Positions 49,793-59,766 of a stretch of 64,000 bases of DNA are shown piece by piece. The position numbers and the translations under genes were made by a program. The first letter of the stretch is position 1; every line of letters starts with the position of its first letter. The DNA is from a virus. The stretch lies in the IMG/VR virus record IMGVR_UViG_3300016476_001289. The stretch is one strand, 5' to 3'. The notes below the pieces were generated by a model. That model searched no databases. It had not been told where the DNA came from and worked only from the letters and a program-made list of their open reading frames with translations.

Positions 49793-50116
49793 ATGTATAC
49801 AGAGATAAGAGAAGGTAGGAGAAAAGTGATAGATGGGGAGATAGATCAAGTAGATGTAAGGGTTCTAGTGGAAGAGTTAAAATATAAGAGAATGGGGGAA
49901 GTTTTTTATTTATTAGGTGATAATATAAAAAGGGGTGTGATATTAGAAGTGACAGAAGATAACAAGATAAAGATGGGGAACTATCAATATGATTTTTTGA
50001 ATAAGTATATTCGTAATACAACAGGTTTAAAGATGGAAGGGTTAGATAATAGGTTTTTGGTGGAGCATTTAATCATTAAAACGAGAGATGAGTGGGCGAA
50101 GGTAAATAATAATTAA
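49793..50116 (+). CDS. Dispersed TEIK...IR.LW family member
   Basis: MYTEIREGRRKV, LVEELKY, LIIKTRDEW. Confidence 0.65.
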   Translation: MYTEIREGRRKVIDGEIDQVDVRVLVEELKYKRMGEVFYLLGDNIKRGVILEVTEDNKIKMGNYQYDFLNKYIRNTTGLKMEGLDNRFLVEHLIIKTRDEWAKVNNN

Positions 50117-50164
50117 ATAGTATAGCTGTATTTAGAACATCTTTTGTAAAGGGAGAAATCTAAA

Positions 50165-53100
50165 ATGATACAGCTCAATGGGAATATCACACTAGTTGTA
50201 GGGGAAACTTATCAATTAACAGTAAATAATCTTGAACTCACTATGCCTTATAGTGATATAAAACACTCTATTGACATCTCTTTAGGTGTGGGAGTAACAA
50301 CATATAAGCTTAAATTTCCTGATTTAGGAAATGGGACTAAAGTACAGGGTTTATTGAATGGTGTGAGTATAAAAGCAGGTAAGGATGTTACTTTAACATC
50401 ATCTACTTCTTTAAAGTCATATAAGAGAGGAACAGTAACATATTGGTCAATAGAAGTTATAGCTAATCCTGTGGTGGTGGTAGAAGATAATAATGTCCCT
50501 CAAATAGGATTATTAGCAATAGATCCTAATAATATAAACACAACAGATGACATACCCGAAGGTGTTGTGAATTTATATTATTTAGATTCAAGGGCGAGAG
50601 AGAGTATATCAGCAACAGCGCCTATTGATTATGATAATGTCACAGGTGTTATAAGCACCGAGCTTACACAATATACGAATGCTGATGTAGGTCTTTTATT
50701 TACAAATGGTGTTCATACGGGTATAAGTTTTACAGCACAAGCGAATAGAATAAATGCTACGGTGTCATTAAGTGGTTTTAGTTTAGATGCTTTAAGTGAT
50801 GTTGTATTAGGGGGTTTAGGGTTACAGACGGGGCAGGTGTTAAAGTATAGTGCTAATAAGTGGATAAATACTAAGTTATTAAGCACTGAATTATCGGATT
50901 CTGATCTTTTAATGAGGAGGGCAGACAATTTAAATAATTTAGGTAATGTAGCGACAGCGAGGAATAATTTAGGTTTGGGGAGTGCTGCGTTATTAGATTC
51001 TAATGTGGTTATTACAACATCAAGTAATATAGGGGACTTGGGGAATGTAATGTTAGCTAATTTAGTTAATGGTCATATTTTAAAATATAGTAGTGCTACA
51101 GATAAATGGTTTAATACTAAATTAGGTGTGGGAGATATAGAAGGTCTTGTAGGTGTCTATGCACCTATAAACAGTCCTACTTTTACAGGAATACCACAAG
51201 CACCTGCACCTGCTAATAATAGTAATAGCACTCAAATAGCAACAACAGCTTGGGTTAAAGCAAGAATAGCTGAAGGTGGTGGAGGTGGTGGAGGTGGTGC
51301 AACACAATTAAATGATTTATCAGATGTTAATATAGATGACTTAACACAAGCAGTGGGACAAACATTAAGATTTAATGGTGTGGAATATGTAAATGCTAAA
51401 TTAGCAAGTACTGATTTGTCAAATAGTGCTAGTATAGTGTTAGCAAATACAGCACCTCATTTTATAACTCAAGGTCAAGGTGATAATTCTACTAAGGTGG
51501 CAACAACAGCTTATGTAGACACTGCCGTAGGTGGTGTAAGTTCAGATAAGATAGATGCTATTATAACAAGTGCGGGGTTTAATAATGATGGTACTAAGCC
51601 TAATTACTCATCTACTAATTATATTCTCAATACTGATAGTTTATTAGTAGCTACTGGTAAAATAGACACTCAATTAAAGAGTACACAAGATGAAGTAAAT
51701 ACTATTGAATCAAGTTTAGGGTTGAATGCGAACGGGTCTCGACCTGTTTATACTTCCACTAATTATATACTTAATACTGAGACTCACCATGTTGCTATTA
51801 GTAATCTTGATAGTGCTTTGTTTAATGTCGAATCTTCTTTGGGTACAGCTAGTGGATATGATGTTGGTAATAATAACAACCAATTACCTTTAGCTCAAGA
51901 TGTAGCTTTATTAGGAAGAGCTGTTAATAGTTTTACAGGGTCTATTAAAATTGCGGGTGATGGTTCTCAATCTATTAGTTTATTTAATGGTATTTTCCCC
52001 TTATTCTCTGTTAATGGTTCGGGGAATGTCTTAACAGAAGGAACATTACAAGTTACAGGAACATCTAATTTAAGTAGTATTTTAATCCAACCTGGACATA
52101 CAATACAAAACTTATTAGGTGGACAGGTGTCTTTTGGTGCAGGTGGTATAACTACTACCGGTCCTATTAATGGACATGATATAACAGCTAGTGGTATTTT
52201 ATCTGGTAATAGTTTAACAATAACCACTACCTCATCTTTAGGAACAGCATCTGCTAATACACCCAATGCTAGTGATAATAGCACAAGAGTAGCTACTACT
52301 GCTTATGTTCAAAACGAGTTAAGTAGTTTCTCAACTTCTTTAGAAGGGTTATCAGATGTTAATTTAACGGATCTACTAGCTAATGAAGTTCTTTTATATA
52401 ATGGTATTAAATGGGTGAATAGTGGTTTAGATATAAATCTTATTAATGGATTAGGGTCTAGTGCTACTTTAGATACCACTGATGTGTTATTAGTGGCTAA
52501 TAACCTAAATGATTTAAATGATGTTCCTATTGCTAGAAATAATTTAGGATTAGGGTCGAGTGCAACTTTAAATGCAGGGACTCATGCAGGTGAAGTATTG
52601 CTTATAAGTGTTAATGACACCTTACCTATATTATCGGGTGTGAATTTAACAGGTGTGTTAAAGACTTCTCAAGCAGGATTACCTAATGGTATAGCAACAC
52701 TTGATAATACAGGTAAACTTAGTTCGGATCAACTTCCTGATATAGCTATTACTTTTGTTGATGTTGTTGCTAATGAAGGAGATAAACCTGCAGCAGGACC
52801 TGAAAATATAGGTCATGTTTATATTGTAACATCTACAAGTAAAACATATATTTCTGATGGTACAACATGGGTGGAATTATTAAGTGCGAGTGATTTAGCA
52901 ATAGCTTCAGCACAAACTGAAATTGATCGTATGGAAACAGCTATAGGATTAGCTATTAATGGTGATTTTATACCTTTCAATGGTACTAATTATCTAGACA
53001 CTGCTGAGACTATTACAGAGTCTTTAACTCTCTTAGATACTGAGATTAAAGCTAACAGTGATACTTTAGGTAGTTTTGGTGATATTGTCAATTTAGACAC

Positions 53101-54745
53101 TACTGATGTTTTCCAAGTTGTAAATGCTTTTAGTGAAATAGGTGCTGATTTTGTAGCACAAGGTAATGCTAGGACTCATTTAGGTTTAGGGTCAAGTGCT
53201 GTATATAATGCTGGAACTATAGCCAATACTGTCTTATTACTAGATGTTAATGGTGCTATTGATTCTAGTATCTTAAATAAAGCAATAACAATAGGTGGTG
53301 TTAATATAGGTGATATTGTAACTATCAATGATACAGTTAATGCACTTATAGACATACCTACATTAAAAAATGATTTAGCGTTAGCGAGTACTGATTTAAC
53401 GGATAGTGATAATTTACCTAGACTAGATGCTGTGTTAAACACATTTATAGGTGATATAAATGCTAATAGTTTAGAAGTAACAACATCATTAGCGAGTGAT
53501 AGTTTAACAGTAGCAACCACTTCATCATTAGCAGAAGCATATGCAACAACACCTAATCCTAATGAAGATAGTAATCGAGTAGCAACAACAGCATGGGTTA
53601 GAGGTGTTGTAAGTGAAACAATAGGGGCTACAACTTTAAATGAATTAACAGATGTAGTAGCACCTAATCCATTAACAAATGAAGTCCTTATCTATAATGG
53701 GACTAATTGGGTAAATAGTGTTATAGACATAGCTATTGTAGATGGTGCAGGTACAAGTGTTACTTATGATGTAGGTACAGGTGTAGATAATATAGTATTA
53801 CTAGATAATACAGGTGCTATAAGTTCTGTGATTTTAGATCGTGCTACTAGCATTGGTGGTTTATTAATCACGGATATATTAACCCTAGATTCAAATATAA
53901 CAGCACTTATAGATATACCTACATTAAAAAATGATTTAGCGTTAGCGAGTACTGATTTAACAGATAGTGTTAATTTACCTAGATTAGATGCTGTGTTAAA
54001 TACATTTACTGGGGATTTAACAGTTCAAGGGGTTACGAATTTAGGTGAGTCTTATGTAACAACACCTAATGCTAATGATGATAGTACAAGAATAGCGTCT
54101 ACAGAATGGGTTGTAGATTATGTAGGGAATGTAGGAGGGGCTACAACTTTAGATCAATTAACAGATGTAGTAGCACCTAATCCTTTAGCTAGTGAAGCAC
54201 TTATCTATAATGGTACTAATTGGGTAAATAGTGGTATTAATATCTCTATTATATCAGGAACAGGTTCGAGTGCTACCTATGATGCAGGAGTTAATGCTAA
54301 TGAAGTCTTATTATTAGATAATACTGGGGCTATTGATAGTAATATTTTAAATCTAGCTACTACAATAGGTGGTCTTAATGTAGGAGATATTTTAACTGTC
54401 AATGATGATATAAATGCTCTTATAGACATACCTACATTAAAGACTGATTTAGATTTATCTATAACAGATTTGAATGATGTAGATATAGCAGGGATAGATG
54501 TAAATCAGACTTTAGTTTGGGATGGTGCGAAGTTTATTCCTGTGTATACTAATAGTCTACTTGTAGATAATCAAGGTAGATATATAGAAGCCTTTGATTG
54601 TGGATTAGTGACAGATTTAGTGGTAGGTTCAAGTATGGATTTTCAGGATGCTAGTGGGACAGGTGGAACACCATTAAATGCTGAGGATCTCTTTTTAAAC
54701 ACGGTTTATTTTTCACAAGAAGATTATGGGCCTCTTATAGGGTAA
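50165..54745 (+). CDS. Giant repetitive tail-fibre/virion structural protein (1526 aa)
   Basis: Repeated ST.VATTAWV, L.DLSDV...L.YNG..W.N and ARNNLGLG fibre motifs; internal DNA duplication 53342-53445 / 53903-54006. Confidence 0.8.
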   Translation: MIQLNGNITLVVGETYQLTVNNLELTMPYSDIKHSIDISLGVGVTTYKLKFPDLGNGTKVQGLLNGVSIKAGKDVTLTSSTSLKSYKRGTVTYWSIEVIANPVVVVEDNNVPQIGLLAIDPNNINTTDDIPEGVVNLYYLDSRARESISATAPIDYDNVTGVISTELTQYTNADVGLLFTNGVHTGISFTAQANRINATVSLSGFSLDALSDVVLGGLGLQTGQVLKYSANKWINTKLLSTELSDSDLLMRRADNLNNLGNVATARNNLGLGSAALLDSNVVITTSSNIGDLGNVMLANLVNGHILKYSSATDKWFNTKLGVGDIEGLVGVYAPINSPTFTGIPQAPAPANNSNSTQIATTAWVKARIAEGGGGGGGGATQLNDLSDVNIDDLTQAVGQTLRFNGVEYVNAKLASTDLSNSASIVLANTAPHFITQGQGDNSTKVATTAYVDTAVGGVSSDKIDAIITSAGFNNDGTKPNYSSTNYILNTDSLLVATGKIDTQLKSTQDEVNTIESSLGLNANGSRPVYTSTNYILNTETHHVAISNLDSALFNVESSLGTASGYDVGNNNNQLPLAQDVALLGRAVNSFTGSIKIAGDGSQSISLFNGIFPLFSVNGSGNVLTEGTLQVTGTSNLSSILIQPGHTIQNLLGGQVSFGAGGITTTGPINGHDITASGILSGNSLTITTTSSLGTASANTPNASDNSTRVATTAYVQNELSSFSTSLEGLSDVNLTDLLANEVLLYNGIKWVNSGLDINLINGLGSSATLDTTDVLLVANNLNDLNDVPIARNNLGLGSSATLNAGTHAGEVLLISVNDTLPILSGVNLTGVLKTSQAGLPNGIATLDNTGKLSSDQLPDIAITFVDVVANEGDKPAAGPENIGHVYIVTSTSKTYISDGTTWVELLSASDLAIASAQTEIDRMETAIGLAINGDFIPFNGTNYLDTAETITESLTLLDTEIKANSDTLGSFGDIVNLDTTDVFQVVNAFSEIGADFVAQGNARTHLGLGSSAVYNAGTIANTVLLLDVNGAIDSSILNKAITIGGVNIGDIVTINDTVNALIDIPTLKNDLALASTDLTDSDNLPRLDAVLNTFIGDINANSLEVTTSLASDSLTVATTSSLAEAYATTPNPNEDSNRVATTAWVRGVVSETIGATTLNELTDVVAPNPLTNEVLIYNGTNWVNSVIDIAIVDGAGTSVTYDVGTGVDNIVLLDNTGAISSVILDRATSIGGLLITDILTLDSNITALIDIPTLKNDLALASTDLTDSVNLPRLDAVLNTFTGDLTVQGVTNLGESYVTTPNANDDSTRIASTEWVVDYVGNVGGATTLDQLTDVVAPNPLASEALIYNGTNWVNSGINISIISGTGSSATYDAGVNANEVLLLDNTGAIDSNILNLATTIGGLNVGDILTVNDDINALIDIPTLKTDLDLSITDLNDVDIAGIDVNQTLVWDGAKFIPVYTNSLLVDNQGRYIEAFDCGLVTDLVVGSSMDFQDASGTGGTPLNAEDLFLNTVYFSQEDYGPLIG

Positions 54746-54799
54746 TAATATATCTATTTTCTCTTATTTTAAAAAGCTTTTTTTAAATAGGAGATTATA

Positions 54800-57700
54800 A
54801 TGTCTGTTCGTAGAGTCCAATTAAGAAGAGGTACTACTGCTGAAAATAATGCTTTCACAGGTGCTGTTGGTGAAATCACGGTCAATACTTCTAATAATTC
54901 TATTAGAGTTCATGATGGTGCTACTTTAGGGGGGGAAGAAACAGCAAAGGCTGATTTATCTAACATATTGCCTAGTACAAATGTAGATTTTAATGCTCAA
55001 AAAATTGTTAATGTTGCTAATCCCGTAGATAATCAAGATGTTGCCACCAAATTGTATGTTGATACTCATGGTGGTGGGGGTGGTTCTCTTGCTACATTAA
55101 GTGATGTTGATGTAGCAGGTGTTGCTCCTGGAGAATATCTTAAATACTCAGGTACTGAATGGATAAATGACTCTTTATCTACAGCGGATTTATCTGATGG
55201 TGTTGATATTGCTATGCTCGTTGGTGGTACTCTTACTGCTAATCTTGATGGTAATGCTTTAACTTCATCTACATGGTTAAATGCTATGACTTTAAATTTA
55301 ACAGGCACTGTTCTTACAGGCTCTGTTGCTTTTGATGGTTCTACGACAGCTAATTTAAATGCTTCCTTAAATGATGCTTCTATTGAAAACTCTAAACTTG
55401 TTAATAGTTCTATTGCTATTAGCACTTATGATTTAGCATTAGGTGGGACTTTACACTTATCTAATGATTTTGCCATATCTGCAGGTGGGACTTTAAGTTT
55501 CGCTGGTGGTGGGGGTGCTCCTACATCTCTTGATGATTTAGTAGACACTAATATTGGTGCTTACGCTTCAGGTCAAGTTCTCGTTTATAATACTGATAAT
55601 AGTAAATGGGAAAATAAGGTCATTACAGGCGATGCTTCTTTAACAGCTTCAGGTACTTTAACTTTAGGTGCTATAAGTAATGATAAACTTGTTAATAGTT
55701 CTATTGGAATAGGAACTTATGATTTAGCATTAGGTGGAACTTTAGCATTATCTAATGACTTTCAAGTTTCTTTAGGTGGTACTTTATCTCTTGTAGGTGG
55801 TAGTAATGTTGGAAACTTTACCTTTACTAATGGGGATATTGAAAACCCCACAGATAATTATATAAGTGTTATAGCTTCCAATTATGCTCAATTAGAAAGC
55901 AATACTAGTTATATTTGGGTAGAACAAGATTTCGCTCATGTTGAAGTTAATACTAATGTGTGGGATTTCACTGCTAATGGGACTCTTATTCTTCCTGCTA
56001 ATGGGGATATTTTTGATAGTAATGGTAATTCTGTCCTCGTAAAGTCTATTAATGACTTAAATGATGTTAGTGTAGGAGGTCTTGGTGCTAGTCAAGTTCT
56101 CATTTATAATAATGATACTTCTAATTGGGAAAATAAGACTCTCTCAGGGGACGCTACTATTACAACATCGGGTACTTTAACTTTAAGTGCTATAAGTAAT
56201 GCTAAACTTGTTAATAGCTCTATTAACATTGGGGGACAAGATATATCATTAGGTGGGACAGTTAATCTTGATGGTGGTTTAAGCATTATAGGTAGTACTT
56301 TAAGTGTAGGTAATGTAGCTACTGCTAGTGCTTTATTTACCGCAGTTACTTTAAGCATCGGAGGATCAGTAATTACAGGATCTGTTTCTTTTGATGGTTC
56401 ATCTAGTGTAGAGATTTTAGCAGATGTTACACCTTTATCTATTACTGATGGGATGATTGCTAATGCTACTATAAGTAATGCTAAACTCGTACATGACTTT
56501 ATTGCTTTTAATAACCATGAAGTTCATTTAAGTGAAGGGGTTACTATTAATGGCACAGATGGTGAGATTTCTGTTGTCGCTAATCAAGGTGTATATACTA
56601 TTGGTCTAGCAGGTACTATTGTAGCTTCTTCTGCTATTGCTCTTGCTAAAACTATTAATCTTGCAGGTGATTTAACGGGGTCAGTAAGTTTAGACAATGC
56701 TTTTGCTGCTGTTACCTTAACCGCTACTTTGGGAACTATTACTAATGCTCAATTACAACATAGTTTTATTGCTGTTAATGACTTCCAAGTTTCTTTAGGC
56801 AATAATCTTGATGTTGTAGGTGCTAATGGTGTTAGTATCACTATGGATGAACCTAATAGTCTTATGACTATTGGTCTAGGGACTTTAACTAATGCTAATC
56901 TTGAATTTTCATCTATTAACATAGGTGGGACAGATTTTGCTTTAGGCAGTACATTAAATTTATCTGACCTTGCCATTACAGGTAGTACCTTAGGTTTAAG
57001 CATTGGCAATAGTGTTATTACTAATGATAATCTTGTTAATCCTTCTATTAATATAGGTGGATATGATTTAGCATTAGGTGGGACTCTTAATTTAAGTACT
57101 GAGTTTAATATTACAGGTGTCACTTTGTCTTTAGGGACTATTAGTATAGATAACCTATCTAATAATAGCATCACATTTGCTGATTCTGATAGTAATGAAA
57201 CTATCGCATTAGGTGGGACTTTAACTTTCTTAGGTGTAGATAATGAAACCTCTATTTTTCTATTGAATGGGGAAGTTAATGTTGGTCTTGCAAATGATGT
57301 CGAAGTTCAAGGTAATTTAACCGTTAATTCTAGTGCTTCTGTCTTAGGCGATTTATATGCTAGTAGCATTATCGAATCTTCTCTTGGTGCAGGTATCTCT
57401 TTACAAGACAATACTGCTATTAAAGCAAACTTAGATGTTTATAATCCTACAGGTGCTTTAATACATGGCACTACTGTTTATCTATATGTTAAATATGGCG
57501 CTAATTCTCTTGCTAATGGTGAATACTTCCATGTCTTTAAAACAAATGATAATGGCAGGATTCGTCAAGTTATTCCTTTAACTTTATTACAAGACGGTGG
57601 ACAGAATAAACTTGCTGTTAAACCTAGTGGTATTTATGAATATGAAGCTATTGCTGGTGATTATACTAATGATGATCATGTTCCAAATGCTTCTTTTGTT

Positions 57701-59704
57701 ATAGATACCGAAGGTGGCACATATACTTATCAAATTAGATGTTATACAAGTAATGATGATGGTACTGAATTTGAAGTAGCTTTCTCTTTAAATGATGCAA
57801 ATCCCGCTCCTACTTATAGTATATTATTTACTTCTAATGATGGTTCAGCTTATGATAGAGAATATTCAATATCTTATGACAGTGCTTTAAATATGGCTGT
57901 AAATTTTGGGGCGATCTCTACTTTCAATCAAACAGAAAAATCTTTAACCTTTAATTCATCTACTGGTAATCTTATTGTTGAAGGGTCTGTTTCTTCTTAT
58001 GGGTTAGACACTAAGAATTCTAGTGGTGCTACTATATTTGAAGTCACTAATGAAGTGATTACAAGTAGTGATTTTTCTATCGCAGGTGGAACTTTAACCT
58101 TTGCTGTTAAAGATGGTGCTAATGTTGAAGTATTTACTATCGATAGCAATACAGGTGATACTAGCATTAATGGGGATTTAACAGTAACAGGCAGTCTTAT
58201 AGTTAATGGGACAGTTACTGCTATTAATACTGTTAATTTAGATGTTGAAGATAGTCTTATTGAATTAGCACATGGGACAGTGGGCGCTCCTATTAATGAT
58301 TCAGGTTTTGTTATTGCTCGTGGCGATGAACCAAGTGCTACTTTATTTTGGAATGAAAATACAGACACCTTTATTTTTGCTACAAGTACATCTATTAATA
58401 GTCTAAGCACTGGTAATCTATTAAATTTAGGTGGGACTTTAACTTATGGTCAAGTAAGAATGGGTGCTATTAGTCTTGTAGATAATCAAGCAACATCTTT
58501 GGATATTAAAGAAGGTTCTAATAGTTATTTAAAGTTTGTTACCACTGATAGTTCTGAAAAAGTAGTCTTTGGTAAAAAATTTGAAGCTCCTACAGAAAGT
58601 AAAATTGCAGACTTAGAATTTCAAACAGGTTATATTTATGTTTCTAGTGGTAATCTAGCGATCAATACAAATGGGGGTAATGTTAGTATTGATGATAATG
58701 TTGCTATTAGTGGAACATTTAAACTTGGACATAATACCCAAGAAGGTGAATCTAATAATGTAGGTGTTCGTTTTGATTATTATGATTCACCATTAATCAA
58801 TGCAGAAGATATTGTTAATGGGACTCAATATATTATCCAAACTGTAGGTAATTCCGATTTTACTCTTGTAGGTGCTTTATTCAACCAACAAAATTGGATA
58901 TTCACTGCTAATGCTAATGGTACTCCTTTACTCGTAGGTACTACAGGTAAAGTTTATCCTTATGCTGAATTAAAGACAGGTTTCTTTGGGCATGATAAAT
59001 CCGATCATGCTTTTACCATGTATAACACCTATACTAATGAAGCTACTTTGGGAGATGCTAAATTTAATAACCTAACACTTACAGGTGAATTAATTGGTAA
59101 TGCTCAAACTGCTAGTGCTTTACTCTCAGCAGTTACTTTAAGTATTGGTGGGTCTATCATTACAGGTTCAGTTTCTTTTGATGGTTCAACTAGTGTAGAG
59201 ATTTTGGCAGATATAACACCTAATAGCATTACAGGTGGTATGATCGCTAATACTACTATTGCTAATGCTAATTTAGTGAATGATTCTGTTTATATAGGTA
59301 GCCATACTTTATCTTTAGGTGGTACTTTAAACTTGTCTAATGATTTTACCATAACTGCTGGTGGGACATTATCTTTAGCTGGTTCACTAGGTGGAGAGAC
59401 GAGATATACTTGTACTGACCCTGTTTTCGTAACGGATGCTACTACTTTAACCGCACCCATATCTACTGTAAATAAAGATGCTTATTTCTTAAATAATAGT
59501 GGGACACCTGGAACTGTTAATTTATTTGAATTAACAAGTAATGACTATAATGGTTATGTATTAGCGATATTTAATACTGATACTGCTACTATGACTATTG
59601 ATGGGTTTGGAACTCAGACAATAGGTGGGGCATTGACTAAGGATATTTTATCAGGTGGGTGTCTAACTATTATGGCTAAGGGAACATCCTGGTATATAAT
59701 GTAA
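54800..59704 (+). CDS. Giant fibre protein with Mtd-like N-terminal domain (1634 aa)
   Basis: VQLRRGTTAE...FTGAVGEITV.T....RVHDG..GG; many L.NSSI.IG...LGGTL repeats. Confidence 0.82.
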   Translation: MSVRRVQLRRGTTAENNAFTGAVGEITVNTSNNSIRVHDGATLGGEETAKADLSNILPSTNVDFNAQKIVNVANPVDNQDVATKLYVDTHGGGGGSLATLSDVDVAGVAPGEYLKYSGTEWINDSLSTADLSDGVDIAMLVGGTLTANLDGNALTSSTWLNAMTLNLTGTVLTGSVAFDGSTTANLNASLNDASIENSKLVNSSIAISTYDLALGGTLHLSNDFAISAGGTLSFAGGGGAPTSLDDLVDTNIGAYASGQVLVYNTDNSKWENKVITGDASLTASGTLTLGAISNDKLVNSSIGIGTYDLALGGTLALSNDFQVSLGGTLSLVGGSNVGNFTFTNGDIENPTDNYISVIASNYAQLESNTSYIWVEQDFAHVEVNTNVWDFTANGTLILPANGDIFDSNGNSVLVKSINDLNDVSVGGLGASQVLIYNNDTSNWENKTLSGDATITTSGTLTLSAISNAKLVNSSINIGGQDISLGGTVNLDGGLSIIGSTLSVGNVATASALFTAVTLSIGGSVITGSVSFDGSSSVEILADVTPLSITDGMIANATISNAKLVHDFIAFNNHEVHLSEGVTINGTDGEISVVANQGVYTIGLAGTIVASSAIALAKTINLAGDLTGSVSLDNAFAAVTLTATLGTITNAQLQHSFIAVNDFQVSLGNNLDVVGANGVSITMDEPNSLMTIGLGTLTNANLEFSSINIGGTDFALGSTLNLSDLAITGSTLGLSIGNSVITNDNLVNPSINIGGYDLALGGTLNLSTEFNITGVTLSLGTISIDNLSNNSITFADSDSNETIALGGTLTFLGVDNETSIFLLNGEVNVGLANDVEVQGNLTVNSSASVLGDLYASSIIESSLGAGISLQDNTAIKANLDVYNPTGALIHGTTVYLYVKYGANSLANGEYFHVFKTNDNGRIRQVIPLTLLQDGGQNKLAVKPSGIYEYEAIAGDYTNDDHVPNASFVIDTEGGTYTYQIRCYTSNDDGTEFEVAFSLNDANPAPTYSILFTSNDGSAYDREYSISYDSALNMAVNFGAISTFNQTEKSLTFNSSTGNLIVEGSVSSYGLDTKNSSGATIFEVTNEVITSSDFSIAGGTLTFAVKDGANVEVFTIDSNTGDTSINGDLTVTGSLIVNGTVTAINTVNLDVEDSLIELAHGTVGAPINDSGFVIARGDEPSATLFWNENTDTFIFATSTSINSLSTGNLLNLGGTLTYGQVRMGAISLVDNQATSLDIKEGSNSYLKFVTTDSSEKVVFGKKFEAPTESKIADLEFQTGYIYVSSGNLAINTNGGNVSIDDNVAISGTFKLGHNTQEGESNNVGVRFDYYDSPLINAEDIVNGTQYIIQTVGNSDFTLVGALFNQQNWIFTANANGTPLLVGTTGKVYPYAELKTGFFGHDKSDHAFTMYNTYTNEATLGDAKFNNLTLTGELIGNAQTASALLSAVTLSIGGSIITGSVSFDGSTSVEILADITPNSITGGMIANTTIANANLVNDSVYIGSHTLSLGGTLNLSNDFTITAGGTLSLAGSLGGETRYTCTDPVFVTDATTLTAPISTVNKDAYFLNNSGTPGTVNLFELTSNDYNGYVLAIFNTDTATMTIDGFGTQTIGGALTKDILSGGCLTIMAKGTSWYIM

Positions 59705-59766
59705 TGTGATATTTATTTTATTAAAAGCCCCATTATAAAGACCAACTTTATTCCGAGAGGCTTGAT

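Noticed and set aside
50155-50163. AGAAATCTA before the 1526-aa gene as a box A copy
   Set aside because: Partial, overlaps the GGGAG RBS and lacks any accompanying box or arm; probably chance.
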